The notes: generated by a model not told the origin, from the letters alone. A stretch of DNA of 64,000 bases from Candidatus Obscuribacteraceae bacterium (GCA_044229845.1 JBGASG010000002.1:576001-640000); one strand, 5' to 3'. Shown: positions 29,804 through 40,430, counted from the stretch's first letter. Program-made: numbers and translations.

Positions 29804-30322
29804 CTAGTGCCCTCTCACCGACGAACCAAGATCGAGCTTCTCATGCACCGCGCCTTCGTCTTCGTAGGGCTTGCCGGTTAGTTTCGCTTTGGCGAAACCC
29901 AACAGCATAATCATCGGGCTGGTCGGCGAGTCCCACAACTCAGCCTTCTGCGGCACCACTTTCAGTACCGCGATATTCGGATCCTCCGGACCTTTCGGAA
30001 ACCATGCTGCGTAGAGCGGATTCCACAACTCTTTGACCAGCTCCGGGTCGCTGACAGCTTCAGCGGTTCCACTGACTGACAGATAGGTATTTGATTTTAT
30101 GTCTGAAAAACTCAAACCTATTTGATTGTCGTGCTCGATCTCGCGGATCTTGCCGGAATTGAACTCGGTCAAAAAAAGAAAGGTGCCATCGAACTTCTTC
30201 TGCACCGACATCGGACGGCTGTGTATTTGTCCGTTGTCATCGCGCGAGTTCATCATGCATATATCTATCTCTTTGGCGCGTTCCCAAATGGATTTCAGCT
30301 CAGCTGACAAAGCTTCGGACAT
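29804..30322 (-). CDS. pyridoxamine 5'-phosphate oxidase-like general stress protein (YdaG/Gsp26 family)
   Basis: HSRPMS, YLSVSGTA, LWNP...AWFPKGPEDP, AELWD. Confidence 0.88.
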   Translation of the reverse strand: MSEALSAELKSIWERAKEIDICMMNSRDDNGQIHSRPMSVQKKFDGTFLFLTEFNSGKIREIEHDNQIGLSFSDIKSNTYLSVSGTAEAVSDPELVKELWNPLYAAWFPKGPEDPNIAVLKVVPQKAELWDSPTSPMIMLLGFAKAKLTGKPYEDEGAVHEKLDLGSSVRGH

Positions 30323-30660
30323 AATCGTTTCCTCCCCGGCTCGGATTGATTTCGACGCCCCGAAGCAGGAAGGGTTCCTAAGTGAACGACCAGTGAACTC
30401 AAGAGTACACGCAAATTTGGCTTGCACCAAACTGGTGCACCGGATTTGGTACCAGCACTTGGCGCACCCTCTTCTTCCTAGTCGATGGCGGACGCCGTAG
30501 TTTCTTCCCGCACGCCACCCCCGCCACCCATCCTCATGCGGTAAGCAGTCTACATATATAGGACAAACCCCAATTGACGGGTTGATGAGATGTCGGCTTG
30601 AATGAAATTGGTAAGGCGCCCAGAGCCGTTCCCAGAGACATACAATAAGGCATACGAGCA

Positions 30661-31392
30661 ATGCTTCGCGTCTGTTTAATCGACGACGAATACGACGTCA
30701 CCGAAATCCTAAAGGAAGAACTCGAGGCGACTTCCGATCAGGTCCGTGTTACCCGCATCGCCCACAACATCGAGGAAGCGAAGCGGATAATCGACACGTT
30801 CCTGCCACTGATCGACTGCTTTATAGTGGATATGACTATGCCCGCGAGCGCGACTTCAGACAGACTGGAGCGCGACGCCGGACTACTTATACTCAGCTAT
30901 CTGCGGCAGACTAAACACTTCGCCGGGACGATCATCATCCTCACCAACTCCTGCGAGTTCGATGACGGCAAGAAAGCATTCGAAATCGGATGTGACGTTT
31001 ACCTGTGCAAGTCGCGGCAGCTGGATGATCTGATCGATGCTATCCAGTTTTGCATGCAGCGCCGGCTAGATGCTCCGGATCTGCAGCACTTCTTCCTGCC
31101 GGAAGAGATAACCACACGCGAAGCCCGGCTGATGGAAATGCTTTACGACGGGGCGTCATGGCAAGACATCGCATTTGCCCTGCGCTACGGCAATGCCGGC
31201 GCGGCGAGGATCGCCGCCGAGGACACGTTCAATAAATTACTGGCGTGGCATGCCGTCGCGCCGCCGATCGACAAGAGACGCGACGTTGCCATGCAACTTT
31301 GGAAATGGCGGCACGTCAGCCACGCCCCCGCGTGGGAGGTCGTAGCGGAGGTTCCGCATCGCACCAGTATTAGCGAGGAAACTCGCCACTAA
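30661..31392 (+). CDS. response regulator with divergent C-terminal HTH-like output
   Basis: LIDDE, VDMTMP, ILTN, YLCK; ITTREARLMEML...IA. Confidence 0.75.
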   Translation: MLRVCLIDDEYDVTEILKEELEATSDQVRVTRIAHNIEEAKRIIDTFLPLIDCFIVDMTMPASATSDRLERDAGLLILSYLRQTKHFAGTIIILTNSCEFDDGKKAFEIGCDVYLCKSRQLDDLIDAIQFCMQRRLDAPDLQHFFLPEEITTREARLMEMLYDGASWQDIAFALRYGNAGAARIAAEDTFNKLLAWHAVAPPIDKRRDVAMQLWKWRHVSHAPAWEVVAEVPHRTSISEETRH

Positions 31393-31403
31393 GGAGCGAG
31401 AAG

Positions 31404-31607
31404 CTAGTCTTCCAGTTTGAAGCCGACCTTGATGGTGACTTGAAATTCGGCGACTTCGCCTTCTTTGATCAGTCCGCGCTGGTCGACGACTTCAAACCAG
31501 CCCAGGCTGCGCAGCGTCTTGGAAGCGCGCTTGACTGCCGACTTAGTCGCTTCAGCGAAACTGTTGGGCGAGGTGCCGACGATTTCGGTCATTTTATAGG
31601 TTGCCAT
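31404..31607 (-). CDS. dodecin (flavin-binding)
   Basis: YKMTEIVGTSPNS...A.KTLR.L.WFEV...RG...FQVTIKVGFKL. Confidence 0.93.
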   Translation of the reverse strand: MATYKMTEIVGTSPNSFAEATKSAVKRASKTLRSLGWFEVVDQRGLIKEGEVAEFQVTIKVGFKLED

Positions 31608-31776
31608 ATGCGATGTCCTCGATTGCAAATTGAGAATTGGAATACGATTTAATCTGCTTGGCATGGCGCAGCGGAGGCTCTTAAAGCAACGTTTTACATG
31701 CCTGGTGATAACGCACGTGCCGATCGTGGATAATGCCACTTCCAGTCCAGATTCGAGCATTAGAAAGGAGCGGGCG

Positions 31777-32793
31777 ATGGCTACCAAAACCACGACCAGA
31801 GCATTCGAACTTACCGATTTCGACTTCGACCACATCGTTGCTAAAGATCGCGAGCTGCCCGCACTCGGTTCTCACGACGTGCTCGTCAAGATGCATGCAG
31901 TGTCGCTTAACTACCGTGACTTCCTGGTCGCCAAAGGGCTTTATTCGCGCAACTTGAAGCTGCCGTTGATCCCGCTGTCCGACGGCGCCGGCGAAGTTGT
32001 CGAAGTGGGCAGCGCCGTCACTCGCGTCAAGCGCGGCGATCGCGTCACTCCAATTTTCATGCAGGGCTGGATTGCCGGCGAGTGCAACAAACGCGCCGCC
32101 AACACCGCACTCGGTGGCGCCATCGACGGCGTTCTTGCGAGCGAACGTGTCTTCAACGAAGAGGGTCTGGTGCACGTGCCATCTAACCTTTCGTATGAAG
32201 AAGCAGCGACTTTGCCGTGCGCCGCAGTAACTGCCTGGCATTCACTTTTTGAGAAACGTCCGATCGTACCCGGCGACGTAGTGTTGACTCTGGGAACCGG
32301 CGGCGTATCGATCTTTGCGCTGCAACTGGCTAAGGCTGCAGGCGCCAAGGTGATCATCACATCCAGCAGCGATGAGAAACTGGAACGCGCCAAGAAACTT
32401 GGTGCCGACATCTTGATCAACTACAAGAAAGAAGCAGACTGGGACAAGCCGGTGCTGAAGGCGTTTCCTGACGGTGTCGATCATATTATTGAAGTTGGTG
32501 GCGCCGGCACACTTGATCGCTCGCTGAAATCAATTCGCATCGCCGGACAGATTAGTTTGATCGGATTGCTGGCACAGGGTCAGTTCGATGCCACCAAACT
32601 TCTGATGAAGACGGCTTGCATGCAAGGCATCTTTGTCGGGTCGCGTGAGATGTTCGAGCGGATGAACAAGGCCATCGAAACTCACGAAATCAAACCAGTA
32701 ATCGACAAGACTTTCAAAGTCGATCAGATCAAAGAAGCACTCGAACTGATGGTCGGCGGCGGACACTTTGGCAAAATCGTCCTGAAATTCTAA
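31777..32793 (+). CDS. NAD(P)-dependent medium-chain dehydrogenase/reductase
   Basis: SLNYRD, PLSDGAG, ATLPCAAVTAW, GTGGVS, HFGKIV; AAGGAG RBS. Confidence 0.92.
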   Translation: MATKTTTRAFELTDFDFDHIVAKDRELPALGSHDVLVKMHAVSLNYRDFLVAKGLYSRNLKLPLIPLSDGAGEVVEVGSAVTRVKRGDRVTPIFMQGWIAGECNKRAANTALGGAIDGVLASERVFNEEGLVHVPSNLSYEEAATLPCAAVTAWHSLFEKRPIVPGDVVLTLGTGGVSIFALQLAKAAGAKVIITSSSDEKLERAKKLGADILINYKKEADWDKPVLKAFPDGVDHIIEVGGAGTLDRSLKSIRIAGQISLIGLLAQGQFDATKLLMKTACMQGIFVGSREMFERMNKAIETHEIKPVIDKTFKVDQIKEALELMVGGGHFGKIVLKF

Positions 32794-32831
32794 CCGCGGC
32801 CGAGCGGCTGGGGGGGGCTTCTGACGCCGCC

Positions 32832-32981
32832 TTGGAAAAAGTTGTTCTATACGATAACAAGGTCGCCGGTGGCAATAACTTTCGGCAGCGGCCGAAACGT
32901 GCGCCACTACCGAGATACAGGCTTCCTAACCAACGAGGACCCGTCTATTTGGCAGTTATCGTATAGAACAACTTTTTCCAA
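32832..32981. repeat. perfect 27-bp inverted repeat enclosing 96 nt
   Basis: ttggaaaaagttgttctatacgataac (32832-32858) and gttatcgtatagaacaactttttccaa (32955-32981). Confidence 0.92.
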
Positions 32982-33036
32982 AGGCGCGGATTGGACCACT
33001 CCGACACGATATACAAGGGATAAAATCAGGAAAAAA

Positions 33037-35127
33037 TTAGTGGCGCGGTAAAATTTTGCCCGCGCGGCGCACAGCATCCGCCTCGGCAACGCGTCCGTCG
33101 TCGCGCAATGCGCGAATGTATTCATCGAGCGCCCACTTATAGAGAACGCTGTCGGTGTATCCGCGAGAGATTCTGCGCACCGCAACCATAGCCACGGACT
33201 GCGCTTCTTTGTAATTCCTGATCTCGCGCAGATAGCGAGACTTCATGACCAGCAGTTTGTCTTGCCTGCCCAGAGAAGCACGGTCGTCCCACTTGATCCA
33301 CGCGGCTACAGCTTCGTCCACAAGTTTGATCGCCTTGGGATAATCACGCGCTGCCGCCGCCACGTGCGCCGCGGCTTCCAGAGCCTGCGCCTGTAGATCG
33401 AACGGCGCCTTCGGCAACAAAGCCACAGTTTGATCGGCTATGCGTGCTGCTTCAGTGTAATCACCCATCTGCGAATACAAATCGATTCCCTCGCGCATTA
33501 CGCCCAGGCGAAACTCATCTTCCGGCGCATATTGTTTCTCACAAACTTTTGCCAGGTGCTGGAAGTACTTGCTGGAGTCTTTAAAATTGCCGCACCACAA
33601 ATTTGATCGACAGAGGCTCATCAGCGGCTCGGCGGATTCCTTGCTGTCCACGCCGTATTTCTTCTCGACCAACTCCAACCACTTCGTCAGGTAGGGCTGA
33701 GCCTCAACTTCGAAATTGTTCGAGTAATAGTTATTGCCCGCCTCTTTGTACGCGTCGATGAGACTGAGGTCACGCTTACTCTCCGGTCCCTTCATGGCGA
33801 TAGCGAATTGCGCGTCGAAAGCAGATTTGATATGCGGAGCCGTGTGCTGCGTGCGCATTTGTCGAATGTACAGCTTTTCCATCTGCCGGCACAAAGCGAT
33901 CATCTCGGGGGTGTCTGTTTGTCCGTGCTGCTGCATCCAGGCGAACGCCTTTTTGCCGGCCGCTTCAGCCTTGTCGTTGTTGTTCTTTGCGTCCTCAGCT
34001 TTGAATTCATCGACGAGTCGGGCAGCCATCTGACGGTCGTTCAACGGAATCGTGCTGGAATGACCGGCAAGAACGGCAATCACCACAACAAGCGCCACCA
34101 CAAACGGTGCCGGCGACATGCGTAAACGCAGACCGCGCATCATGCTGCGAAACGAACCCGACTCCGACTCAATGGAAGTCAGAACATCAAGTGCTTCCTG
34201 TATTGTTTGATAGCGCCGCTGCGGTTCTTTAGCCAGGCAACGAGAGATGAACTCTTGCAGTTCCAGCGGAATGCCACCTTCGGTAATGCGTTGCTGCACG
34301 TCGCTCTGAACGTGCTTGCTCATGATTTCGAATGCGGTGGTGCCGTCAACTGCTTTCTTGCCGCAAAGCATCTCGAAAAGCACGCAACCAAGCGAATAAA
34401 TATCGGTGCGCACATCCAGCGATTGACCGAGCACTTGCTCAGGGCTCATGTAGGAAGGCGTGCCGACCATATAGCCACTGCTCGCCACCTGTTCTTCCTT
34501 GTCGAGATCGAGCGTCTTCGCGAGACCAAAGTCGATCAGCTTGACGCGCTCGAGATCACCGGTCTTCATCACCATGATGTTGCTTGGTTTCAGATCGCGG
34601 TGAATGATGCCGCTGCGATGCGCTTCCTGCAAGCCTTCACCAATTTGCTTCGTCAGATTGATTGCGCGCGCCACGCTCATCGGACCTTCTTCGTTGAGCA
34701 CCTTGTTGAGGCTCTTGCCTTCAACAATTTCCATGACCAGATACGGTTGCCCGTTGCTGGTGATACCGAAGTCGTAGATGCGGCAAATATTGCGATGCAC
34801 GAGGCGACTGGCTAGACGCGCTTCGGTGCCGAAACGCTGGATCTTCTCAGCACTGGAGACAAGGTCTGTGCGCAAAAGCTTGAAGGCAACGGGCCGATCG
34901 AGTTCCACCTGATGAGCCCGGTACACCATGCTCGAACCACCCGCCCCAATCAGGTCGAGCACCTCGAATTTCTCGTCAATCAGTTTGCCAATCAGGGGAT
35001 CGCGTGTTATCGGCAACAAGATACTGTTGTCGTCACCGCAGGTTATTGAATCGTCGTCGGCAGCAAACCGGCGAGCGCAACCTGGGCAATACTTTTCTGG
35101 GGCGATCCCGTGCGGGCACATGGCCAC
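33037..35127 (-). CDS. Hanks-type Ser/Thr protein kinase with TM helix and C-terminal TPR-like region
   Basis: GAGGSSMVY, VAFK, HRDLKPSN, DFG, GTPSYMSPE; N-terminal CPH..CPGC. Confidence 0.92.
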   Translation of the reverse strand: MAMCPHGIAPEKYCPGCARRFAADDDSITCGDDNSILLPITRDPLIGKLIDEKFEVLDLIGAGGSSMVYRAHQVELDRPVAFKLLRTDLVSSAEKIQRFGTEARLASRLVHRNICRIYDFGITSNGQPYLVMEIVEGKSLNKVLNEEGPMSVARAINLTKQIGEGLQEAHRSGIIHRDLKPSNIMVMKTGDLERVKLIDFGLAKTLDLDKEEQVASSGYMVGTPSYMSPEQVLGQSLDVRTDIYSLGCVLFEMLCGKKAVDGTTAFEIMSKHVQSDVQQRITEGGIPLELQEFISRCLAKEPQRRYQTIQEALDVLTSIESESGSFRSMMRGLRLRMSPAPFVVALVVVIAVLAGHSSTIPLNDRQMAARLVDEFKAEDAKNNNDKAEAAGKKAFAWMQQHGQTDTPEMIALCRQMEKLYIRQMRTQHTAPHIKSAFDAQFAIAMKGPESKRDLSLIDAYKEAGNNYYSNNFEVEAQPYLTKWLELVEKKYGVDSKESAEPLMSLCRSNLWCGNFKDSSKYFQHLAKVCEKQYAPEDEFRLGVMREGIDLYSQMGDYTEAARIADQTVALLPKAPFDLQAQALEAAAHVAAAARDYPKAIKLVDEAVAAWIKWDDRASLGRQDKLLVMKSRYLREIRNYKEAQSVAMVAVRRISRGYTDSVLYKWALDEYIRALRDDGRVAEADAVRRAGKILPRH

Positions 35128-35170
35128 ATACCTAAACCGCTACCCCAATATTATGCCCATCCGCGGCGTT

Positions 35171-36907
35171 TCAATCTTGGGACGTCGCTGATAGGTTCTG
35201 GCGTTCGATGAACTCAACGGCGGCAGAGATTGTCGGAAAAACGCTGTCTTCCGACAGGCGCTGCCCCAGACCGGTTTCTTGACTGCGAAACTTGAGCATA
35301 AACGTCTTCGGGCGGGCGAACAGAAGTTGTATGCCGCGTTTCTCCAGTTCAATAGAAAGTTCTTCTATCGATTTGGCGCCTGTCGCGTCCATCTGCGATA
35401 TCGATTCCAGACTGAGCAGAAACCATTTTGGGCATACTTCCGCCGTCTCGACAATCTGTCTGACGCGTGTTTTGAAGTAATCGCAGTTGAAGAACACCAG
35501 CGGTCCCTCGAACCGCCAGATGAGTATGGCGGGATCCGTTTTTGCATCCGGCGAGAGCGAGATGTCGTTGTATCCGTCCATCCCCGGTATCACACCCAGC
35601 GTTGTGTCCTCTGGTTTATAGATGCGCACCAAAACGATTATGAGCGCCAATGCGATCGCCACCGCCACACCGGGCAGAACTCCCAGCGTCAACACACCGG
35701 CCGTCGTCAGCAACGAGAGCCGCCACTCGAACGGGTCTATCACCTTCAGTTCTTTGTAGGAAGAAACATCTATCAGATGCCAGGCTGAATAAATCAGGAC
35801 GGCGGCGAGCGCCGCCAGCGGCAGTAGTCCCAGGGCCCCGGAAAGGAACATGACCACACAGGCGGTGGCAATTGCTGCCACCACCGAGGACAACTGCGTC
35901 TTGTTACCACTGTCCACATTGACGGCAGTACGCGAGTCGGCGCCAGTTATGGCGAATCCACCGGAGAATCCCGAAGCCAGATTGGCAACACCCAACGCCA
36001 GCATCTCGCGGTTTGCATCGATTGTCTGTCCGAGGCGGGCGGCGAAACTGCGAGCAGTCAACATGCCGCTCGTAAAACTGACAATCACCAGTCCCAACGC
36101 GCTGACGAGCAATCCTTGCCCGGCATGATAGCTGACCTGGGGGACAGCCAGGCGCGGCAAGCCGGCGGGCACGTGTCCGACCAGTTTGATGCATGACTCG
36201 GGACCCAGCAAATAATACGCACCGGCTGCGGCTGCTGTCAGCGCTATCAGCGAGTATGGAGCACGCGGAAAGAAGCGTTTTAACAGCAGGATCAGAACAA
36301 TGGTGGCAGCACCGACAGCAAGGCTCGGCAGGTGAAATTCTCGCATGCGGCTCACCAATTCGATGATAGAGGGAATGAAGTCGCTGTTCTGCAAAGCCAT
36401 GCCGAGTAGTTTCGCCATCTGCCCGACAATGATACTGGCCGCGACACCATTGAGAAATCCGATCAGAATTGGTCGCGCGAAGAAATTTACGATAAAACCC
36501 ATGCCGCGCCAGCCGCCGAGAATCATCAGCATGCCGGCAGTTAGCGATAATCCCGCTGAGAGGGCCACATATTTGACCGGATCGCCGAGTGCCAGGGGCG
36601 CCACCAGGGACGCCACCATCGTGCAAGTAGCCGCATCGGGACCGACGACGAGTTGTCTGGATGAACCGAGAAACCCGTAAACGACCACGGGCAGAATGCT
36701 GGCGTACAAACCCACCTCAGGCGAGAAACCAGCCAGTTGGGCATACGCCACTGCAGTGGGCACTTGCACCGCCGCCACCGAAACCCCGGCGATCAAGTCG
36801 CGCGGAAGCCACTCCAGCTTGTAGTGCTGCAAGTCGCCGACCAACGGACTGATTTTTGCGATCCCCACAGACTGGCGCCTCACGCGTAGGTCCCTTTCGT
36901 GTGGCAA
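35171..36907 (-). CDS. SulP family anion transporter with STAS domain
   Basis: DLIAGVSVAAV.VP..VAYA.LAG, GSSRQL..GP, SRTAVN, F.GPLVFFN STAS. Confidence 0.93.
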   Translation of the reverse strand: MPHERDLRVRRQSVGIAKISPLVGDLQHYKLEWLPRDLIAGVSVAAVQVPTAVAYAQLAGFSPEVGLYASILPVVVYGFLGSSRQLVVGPDAATCTMVASLVAPLALGDPVKYVALSAGLSLTAGMLMILGGWRGMGFIVNFFARPILIGFLNGVAASIIVGQMAKLLGMALQNSDFIPSIIELVSRMREFHLPSLAVGAATIVLILLLKRFFPRAPYSLIALTAAAAGAYYLLGPESCIKLVGHVPAGLPRLAVPQVSYHAGQGLLVSALGLVIVSFTSGMLTARSFAARLGQTIDANREMLALGVANLASGFSGGFAITGADSRTAVNVDSGNKTQLSSVVAAIATACVVMFLSGALGLLPLAALAAVLIYSAWHLIDVSSYKELKVIDPFEWRLSLLTTAGVLTLGVLPGVAVAIALALIIVLVRIYKPEDTTLGVIPGMDGYNDISLSPDAKTDPAILIWRFEGPLVFFNCDYFKTRVRQIVETAEVCPKWFLLSLESISQMDATGAKSIEELSIELEKRGIQLLFARPKTFMLKFRSQETGLGQRLSEDSVFPTISAAVEFIERQNLSATSQD

Positions 36908-37006
36908 TTAATTTAGCGCATATGCCGCATCTTTGGATCTGAAACCTTCCGCTGGCGACTCTCGTCTATGCCACGGTCCAGCTAATCGAAAACCGGAGAC
37001 AGAAAC

Positions 37007-37243
37007 ATGGTCACAGAAGAACTGAACAACGCCCAGGATCCAGACGCCAACCTCGGCGCCGTTGCCGAAGAGGATGATGAGATCAAACATCGTGCCGGCA
37101 ATGAAACGTCGAATGAGCCGCTGCCCGGCGAACGCGCGGAACAGCCCAGCGACAAGTCGGGTCTCCCCGCCGAGCAGAAGGAAAGCGAGGAGCGTAAGAA
37201 GCACGAGCACAAGAGCGACGGCTCCAGCGGCTGCAAACACTAA
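37007..37243 (+). CDS. small acidic hydrophilic protein
   Basis: GGAG RBS; highly charged, disorder-like composition. Confidence 0.55.
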   Translation: MVTEELNNAQDPDANLGAVAEEDDEIKHRAGNETSNEPLPGERAEQPSDKSGLPAEQKESEERKKHEHKSDGSSGCKH

Positions 37244-37309
37244 GTTCGGCGAGAGCCGCCCGCTGCTGGAAAGACAGTGAAGCCAGGCGCCCATGGGGCG
37301 TCTGGCTCA

Positions 37310-37527
37310 TTGATTGGATTGGACACTAACGTACTCGTCCGCTACATCGCCCAAGATGATCTTCAACAATCCGCGAAAGCCACCAAATCACGTTAGTCGA
37401 AATTGTTTGGGTATGCGAAAGCTGCTATGCCGCAACGCTGGTAGCCGCTGGCAGCACAGCCACTGTCACATTTGATAAGAAAGCCGCGAAAGCCGGCATG
37501 ACTCTTCTGAAGCAATCGCTTAAGTGA
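37310..37527 (+). pseudogene. PIN-domain (VapC-type) toxin relic
   Basis: Translates MIGLDTNVLVRYIAQDDLQQSAKATK, then in a shifted frame ITLVEIVWVCESCYAA...TVTFDKKAAKAGMTLL. Confidence 0.8.
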
Positions 37528-37557
37528 AGAAACGCCTCCCGGGTGGGAGGCGTTTCT
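37528..37557. terminator. 13-bp stem terminator downstream of the acyl-CoA dehydrogenase gene
   Basis: agaaacgcctccc-gggt-gggaggcgtttct. Confidence 0.75.
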
Positions 37558-37585
37558 CTCGAACTTATTGCTCGGGTACCAGAGA

Positions 37586-38791
37586 CTAGCCGGCGGCGCC
37601 GACTGTAGCCAGTGCCGTCGGTGCGCCGGTGGGCTTGCCGTTGGCATAACGAATACCAAGGGCATCTTGCGCAATGATCAGGCGCTGAATTTCGCGGGTG
37701 CCTTCGTAGATGTTGAGCACTTTGGCATCGCGGAAATAGCGTTCCACAGGATACTCATCCGAGAATCCGTAACCACCGAAGATTTGCACTGCGTTGTGGG
37801 CAGCGCGGTTGGCTGCTTCGCCGCAGAACAGTTTGGCGATCGAGGTCTCCAGTGAGTTGCGCACGCCCTTGGTCTTCAGGTGCGCGGCGCGCAGATAGAG
37901 CAGGCGACCGGCTTCGCAGTCTGCCACCATGTCGGCGATCATGGCTTGCACTTGTTGGTGCTCACCGATCGGTACTCCGAAAGTGCGGCGCTGCATGGCG
38001 TACTTGGTGCACTCATCGATGCAACCTTGCACCAAACCGATGGCGCCGGCGGCTACGGAAAAGCGACCATTGTCCAGGGCGGACATGGCGACGGCGAAGC
38101 CATCACCGACTTTGCCGAGGATGTTTTCTGCCGGTACGCGAACGTTATCCAAGAAGAGCGACGATGTGTCGGAAGCGCGCAGACCAAGTTTGCCTTTGAT
38201 CGGTTGCGCTTCGAAGCCTTTGGCTTTGGTGTCGACGATGAAGCAGGTGATGCCTTTGTGTCCGAGTTTGGGATCGACGGTGGCGAACACCAGCGCATGC
38301 GTGGCGATCTTGCCGCAGGAGATCCAGGTTTTCTGACCACTCAACAGATAGTCGTTGCCATCTTTGACGGCGCGGGTCTGCTGGTTGGCGGCGTCACTGC
38401 CGGCTTCCGGTTCGGTCAAGCCGAAGCAGCCGAGAAACTCGCCGGTGCACATTTTGGGCAACAAAGCTTTCTTCTGCTCCTCCGTTCCCCACTTCAAGAT
38501 GGTCAGTGCCACCAGTGAAGTCTGGACGGAGAACAGTGTGCGGGTCGAGGAGCAAATGCGGTTTACTTCCTCGGTCATCAAGCCGTAGGCGATGTAGTCC
38601 ATGCCGAGACCGCCGTATTTTTCCGGCACCGGGCATCCCAAGAATCCTTCAGCGAAGATTTTCTTGGCGACGTCCCAGTCGAACTTGCATTCGCGGTCGT
38701 TAGACTGAGCAACAGGAGCCACGTTGCGCTCCATAAACTCGCGCATGTGTTTGCGCATCGAAAGTTGCTCAGGGGTGAAATCGAAGTCCAT
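37586..38791 (-). CDS. acyl-CoA dehydrogenase
   Basis: GCFGLTEPEAGSD, GQKTWIS, KLGLRASDT, YEGTREIQRLII. Confidence 0.93.
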   Translation of the reverse strand: MDFDFTPEQLSMRKHMREFMERNVAPVAQSNDRECKFDWDVAKKIFAEGFLGCPVPEKYGGLGMDYIAYGLMTEEVNRICSSTRTLFSVQTSLVALTILKWGTEEQKKALLPKMCTGEFLGCFGLTEPEAGSDAANQQTRAVKDGNDYLLSGQKTWISCGKIATHALVFATVDPKLGHKGITCFIVDTKAKGFEAQPIKGKLGLRASDTSSLFLDNVRVPAENILGKVGDGFAVAMSALDNGRFSVAAGAIGLVQGCIDECTKYAMQRRTFGVPIGEHQQVQAMIADMVADCEAGRLLYLRAAHLKTKGVRNSLETSIAKLFCGEAANRAAHNAVQIFGGYGFSDEYPVERYFRDAKVLNIYEGTREIQRLIIAQDALGIRYANGKPTGAPTALATVGAAG

Positions 38792-38805
38792 TTGAATCCT
38801 CTCCT

Positions 38806-40353
38806 TTACTCTTGGGTTGCATGGGTGTCGATTTGAGCTTTCTGCAACCGACCGGAGTAATCGACATATATAGATTTCCACTCGGTGAACTGATCGATGG
38901 CGGTGGTGCCGGCTTCACGGTGTCCGTTGCCGGTTTCCTTGACGCCACCGAACGGCAGTTGAATCTCGGCGCCGATGGTCGGAGCGTTGATATAGACGAT
39001 GCCCGACTCCAGTTCGTGCATGGCGTCGAACGCGCGGTTGACGTCTTGCGTATACATAGAGAGAGACAAACCGTATTTGGTGCCATTGGCGACTTCGATC
39101 ATCTCTTCGTAAGAGTCGACCGGAATCAGGTCTGTAACTGGTCCGAAGATTTCTTCTTGTTCGATGCGCATGCCTGCTTTCACATCGCCGAAGATTGTCG
39201 GCTCGTGGAAGCAGCCTTCGCCGAACTTGCCGTCCGTGAGAATGCGACCGCCGTGAAGCAGCTTGGCGCCTTCTTTCTTGCCAATCTCGACGTAGCTGTT
39301 CACCGACTCCAATTGCGACTTGTTCACAACCGGGCCGATGTCATTGGCCGGATCGAGACCATCACCGATCTTCATTTGCGCCGTGCGGGCAACAAACTTC
39401 TCAGCGAATTCTTTATAGCGCGATCTGTGGATGATGATGCGGCTGGCGGCGGTGCAACGTTGTCCGGCGGTACCGAAGGCACCCCAGACAGCGCCTTCCA
39501 CTGCCAGGTCGACGTCGCCGTCGTCCATGACGCAGATGGCGTTTTTGCCGCCCAGTTCGCAGGAGACTTTCTTCATCAGTTCGCCGCAACGACCGGCAAC
39601 GCGCTTGCCGACATCGGTGGAACCGGTGAGGGAGATGGCGCGAATATGCTCGTTCTCAACGAGGGTCATGCCGACTTTGCTGCCGGAGCCAGTCACGTAG
39701 TTGAGGACGCCCGGGGGCAATCCGGCGTCTACCAGAGCCTGCACAAACATCAATCCGCAAAGCGGCGTGTCGGTGGCCGGCTTGAAGACGACGGTGTTGC
39801 CGGCGACCAACGCAGGAAGAATCTTCCAGCTGGGGATGGCGACCGGGAAGTTCCACGGGGTGATCATGCCGACCACACCGATCGGTTGGCGGATAGCCAT
39901 GGCGAACTTGTTGCGCAGTTCAGACGGAACCGTTTGTCCCATCAAACGACGTCCTTCGCCGGCCATGAACTTCGCCATGTCGATGGCTTCTTGCACATCG
40001 CCGCGGGCTTCTTTGATCACTTTGCCCATCTCGCGAGTCATGACGCGCGCGATGTCTTCTTTGCGGGTCTCGAGCAATTGGGCCGCTTTCAATATGATGT
40101 CGGCGCGCTCGGGAGCGGGCACGCGCTTCCACTCTTTAAAAGCTTTGGCAGCCGCATCGCAAGCGGCGTTCACATCTTCCGGACCGGACGATGCGAAGTG
40201 ACCAATTACTTCTTTGAGGTTGGCCGGGTTGTAGCTGTCGAACGTTTCGCCGCTCTTGGCTTTCACCCATTTGCCGTTGATAAAGTTGTGGTGTACTTCA
40301 GCCTTGCCGGACTTGGTGTCAGTCTGCTCGCGGCTTTCTGTCTTGGTGCTCAT
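38806..40353 (-). CDS. aldehyde (semialdehyde) dehydrogenase
   Basis: ITPWNFP, TGST, ELGGKN, GQRCTA, EEIFGPV, PFGG. Confidence 0.95.
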   Translation of the reverse strand: MSTKTESREQTDTKSGKAEVHHNFINGKWVKAKSGETFDSYNPANLKEVIGHFASSGPEDVNAACDAAAKAFKEWKRVPAPERADIILKAAQLLETRKEDIARVMTREMGKVIKEARGDVQEAIDMAKFMAGEGRRLMGQTVPSELRNKFAMAIRQPIGVVGMITPWNFPVAIPSWKILPALVAGNTVVFKPATDTPLCGLMFVQALVDAGLPPGVLNYVTGSGSKVGMTLVENEHIRAISLTGSTDVGKRVAGRCGELMKKVSCELGGKNAICVMDDGDVDLAVEGAVWGAFGTAGQRCTAASRIIIHRSRYKEFAEKFVARTAQMKIGDGLDPANDIGPVVNKSQLESVNSYVEIGKKEGAKLLHGGRILTDGKFGEGCFHEPTIFGDVKAGMRIEQEEIFGPVTDLIPVDSYEEMIEVANGTKYGLSLSMYTQDVNRAFDAMHELESGIVYINAPTIGAEIQLPFGGVKETGNGHREAGTTAIDQFTEWKSIYVDYSGRLQKAQIDTHATQE

Positions 40354-40430
40354 ACGCTCTCCTGAACTCTGTTAGTTCGTTCGTGTCGTTGTTGGGGAAC
40401 TCAAACCTGATAGATAGTTGGTCAGATCGA

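Noticed and set aside
32832..32981. Retron msr-msd ncRNA or loxP-like site
   Set aside because: No reverse transcriptase or recombinase in the window; similarity to loxP is only a few bases
38812..40365. 517-aa plus-strand ORF and similar long antisense ORFs (44467-45489, 47898-48989, 49814-50965)
   Set aside because: Shadow frames of real GC-rich genes, with no protein motifs
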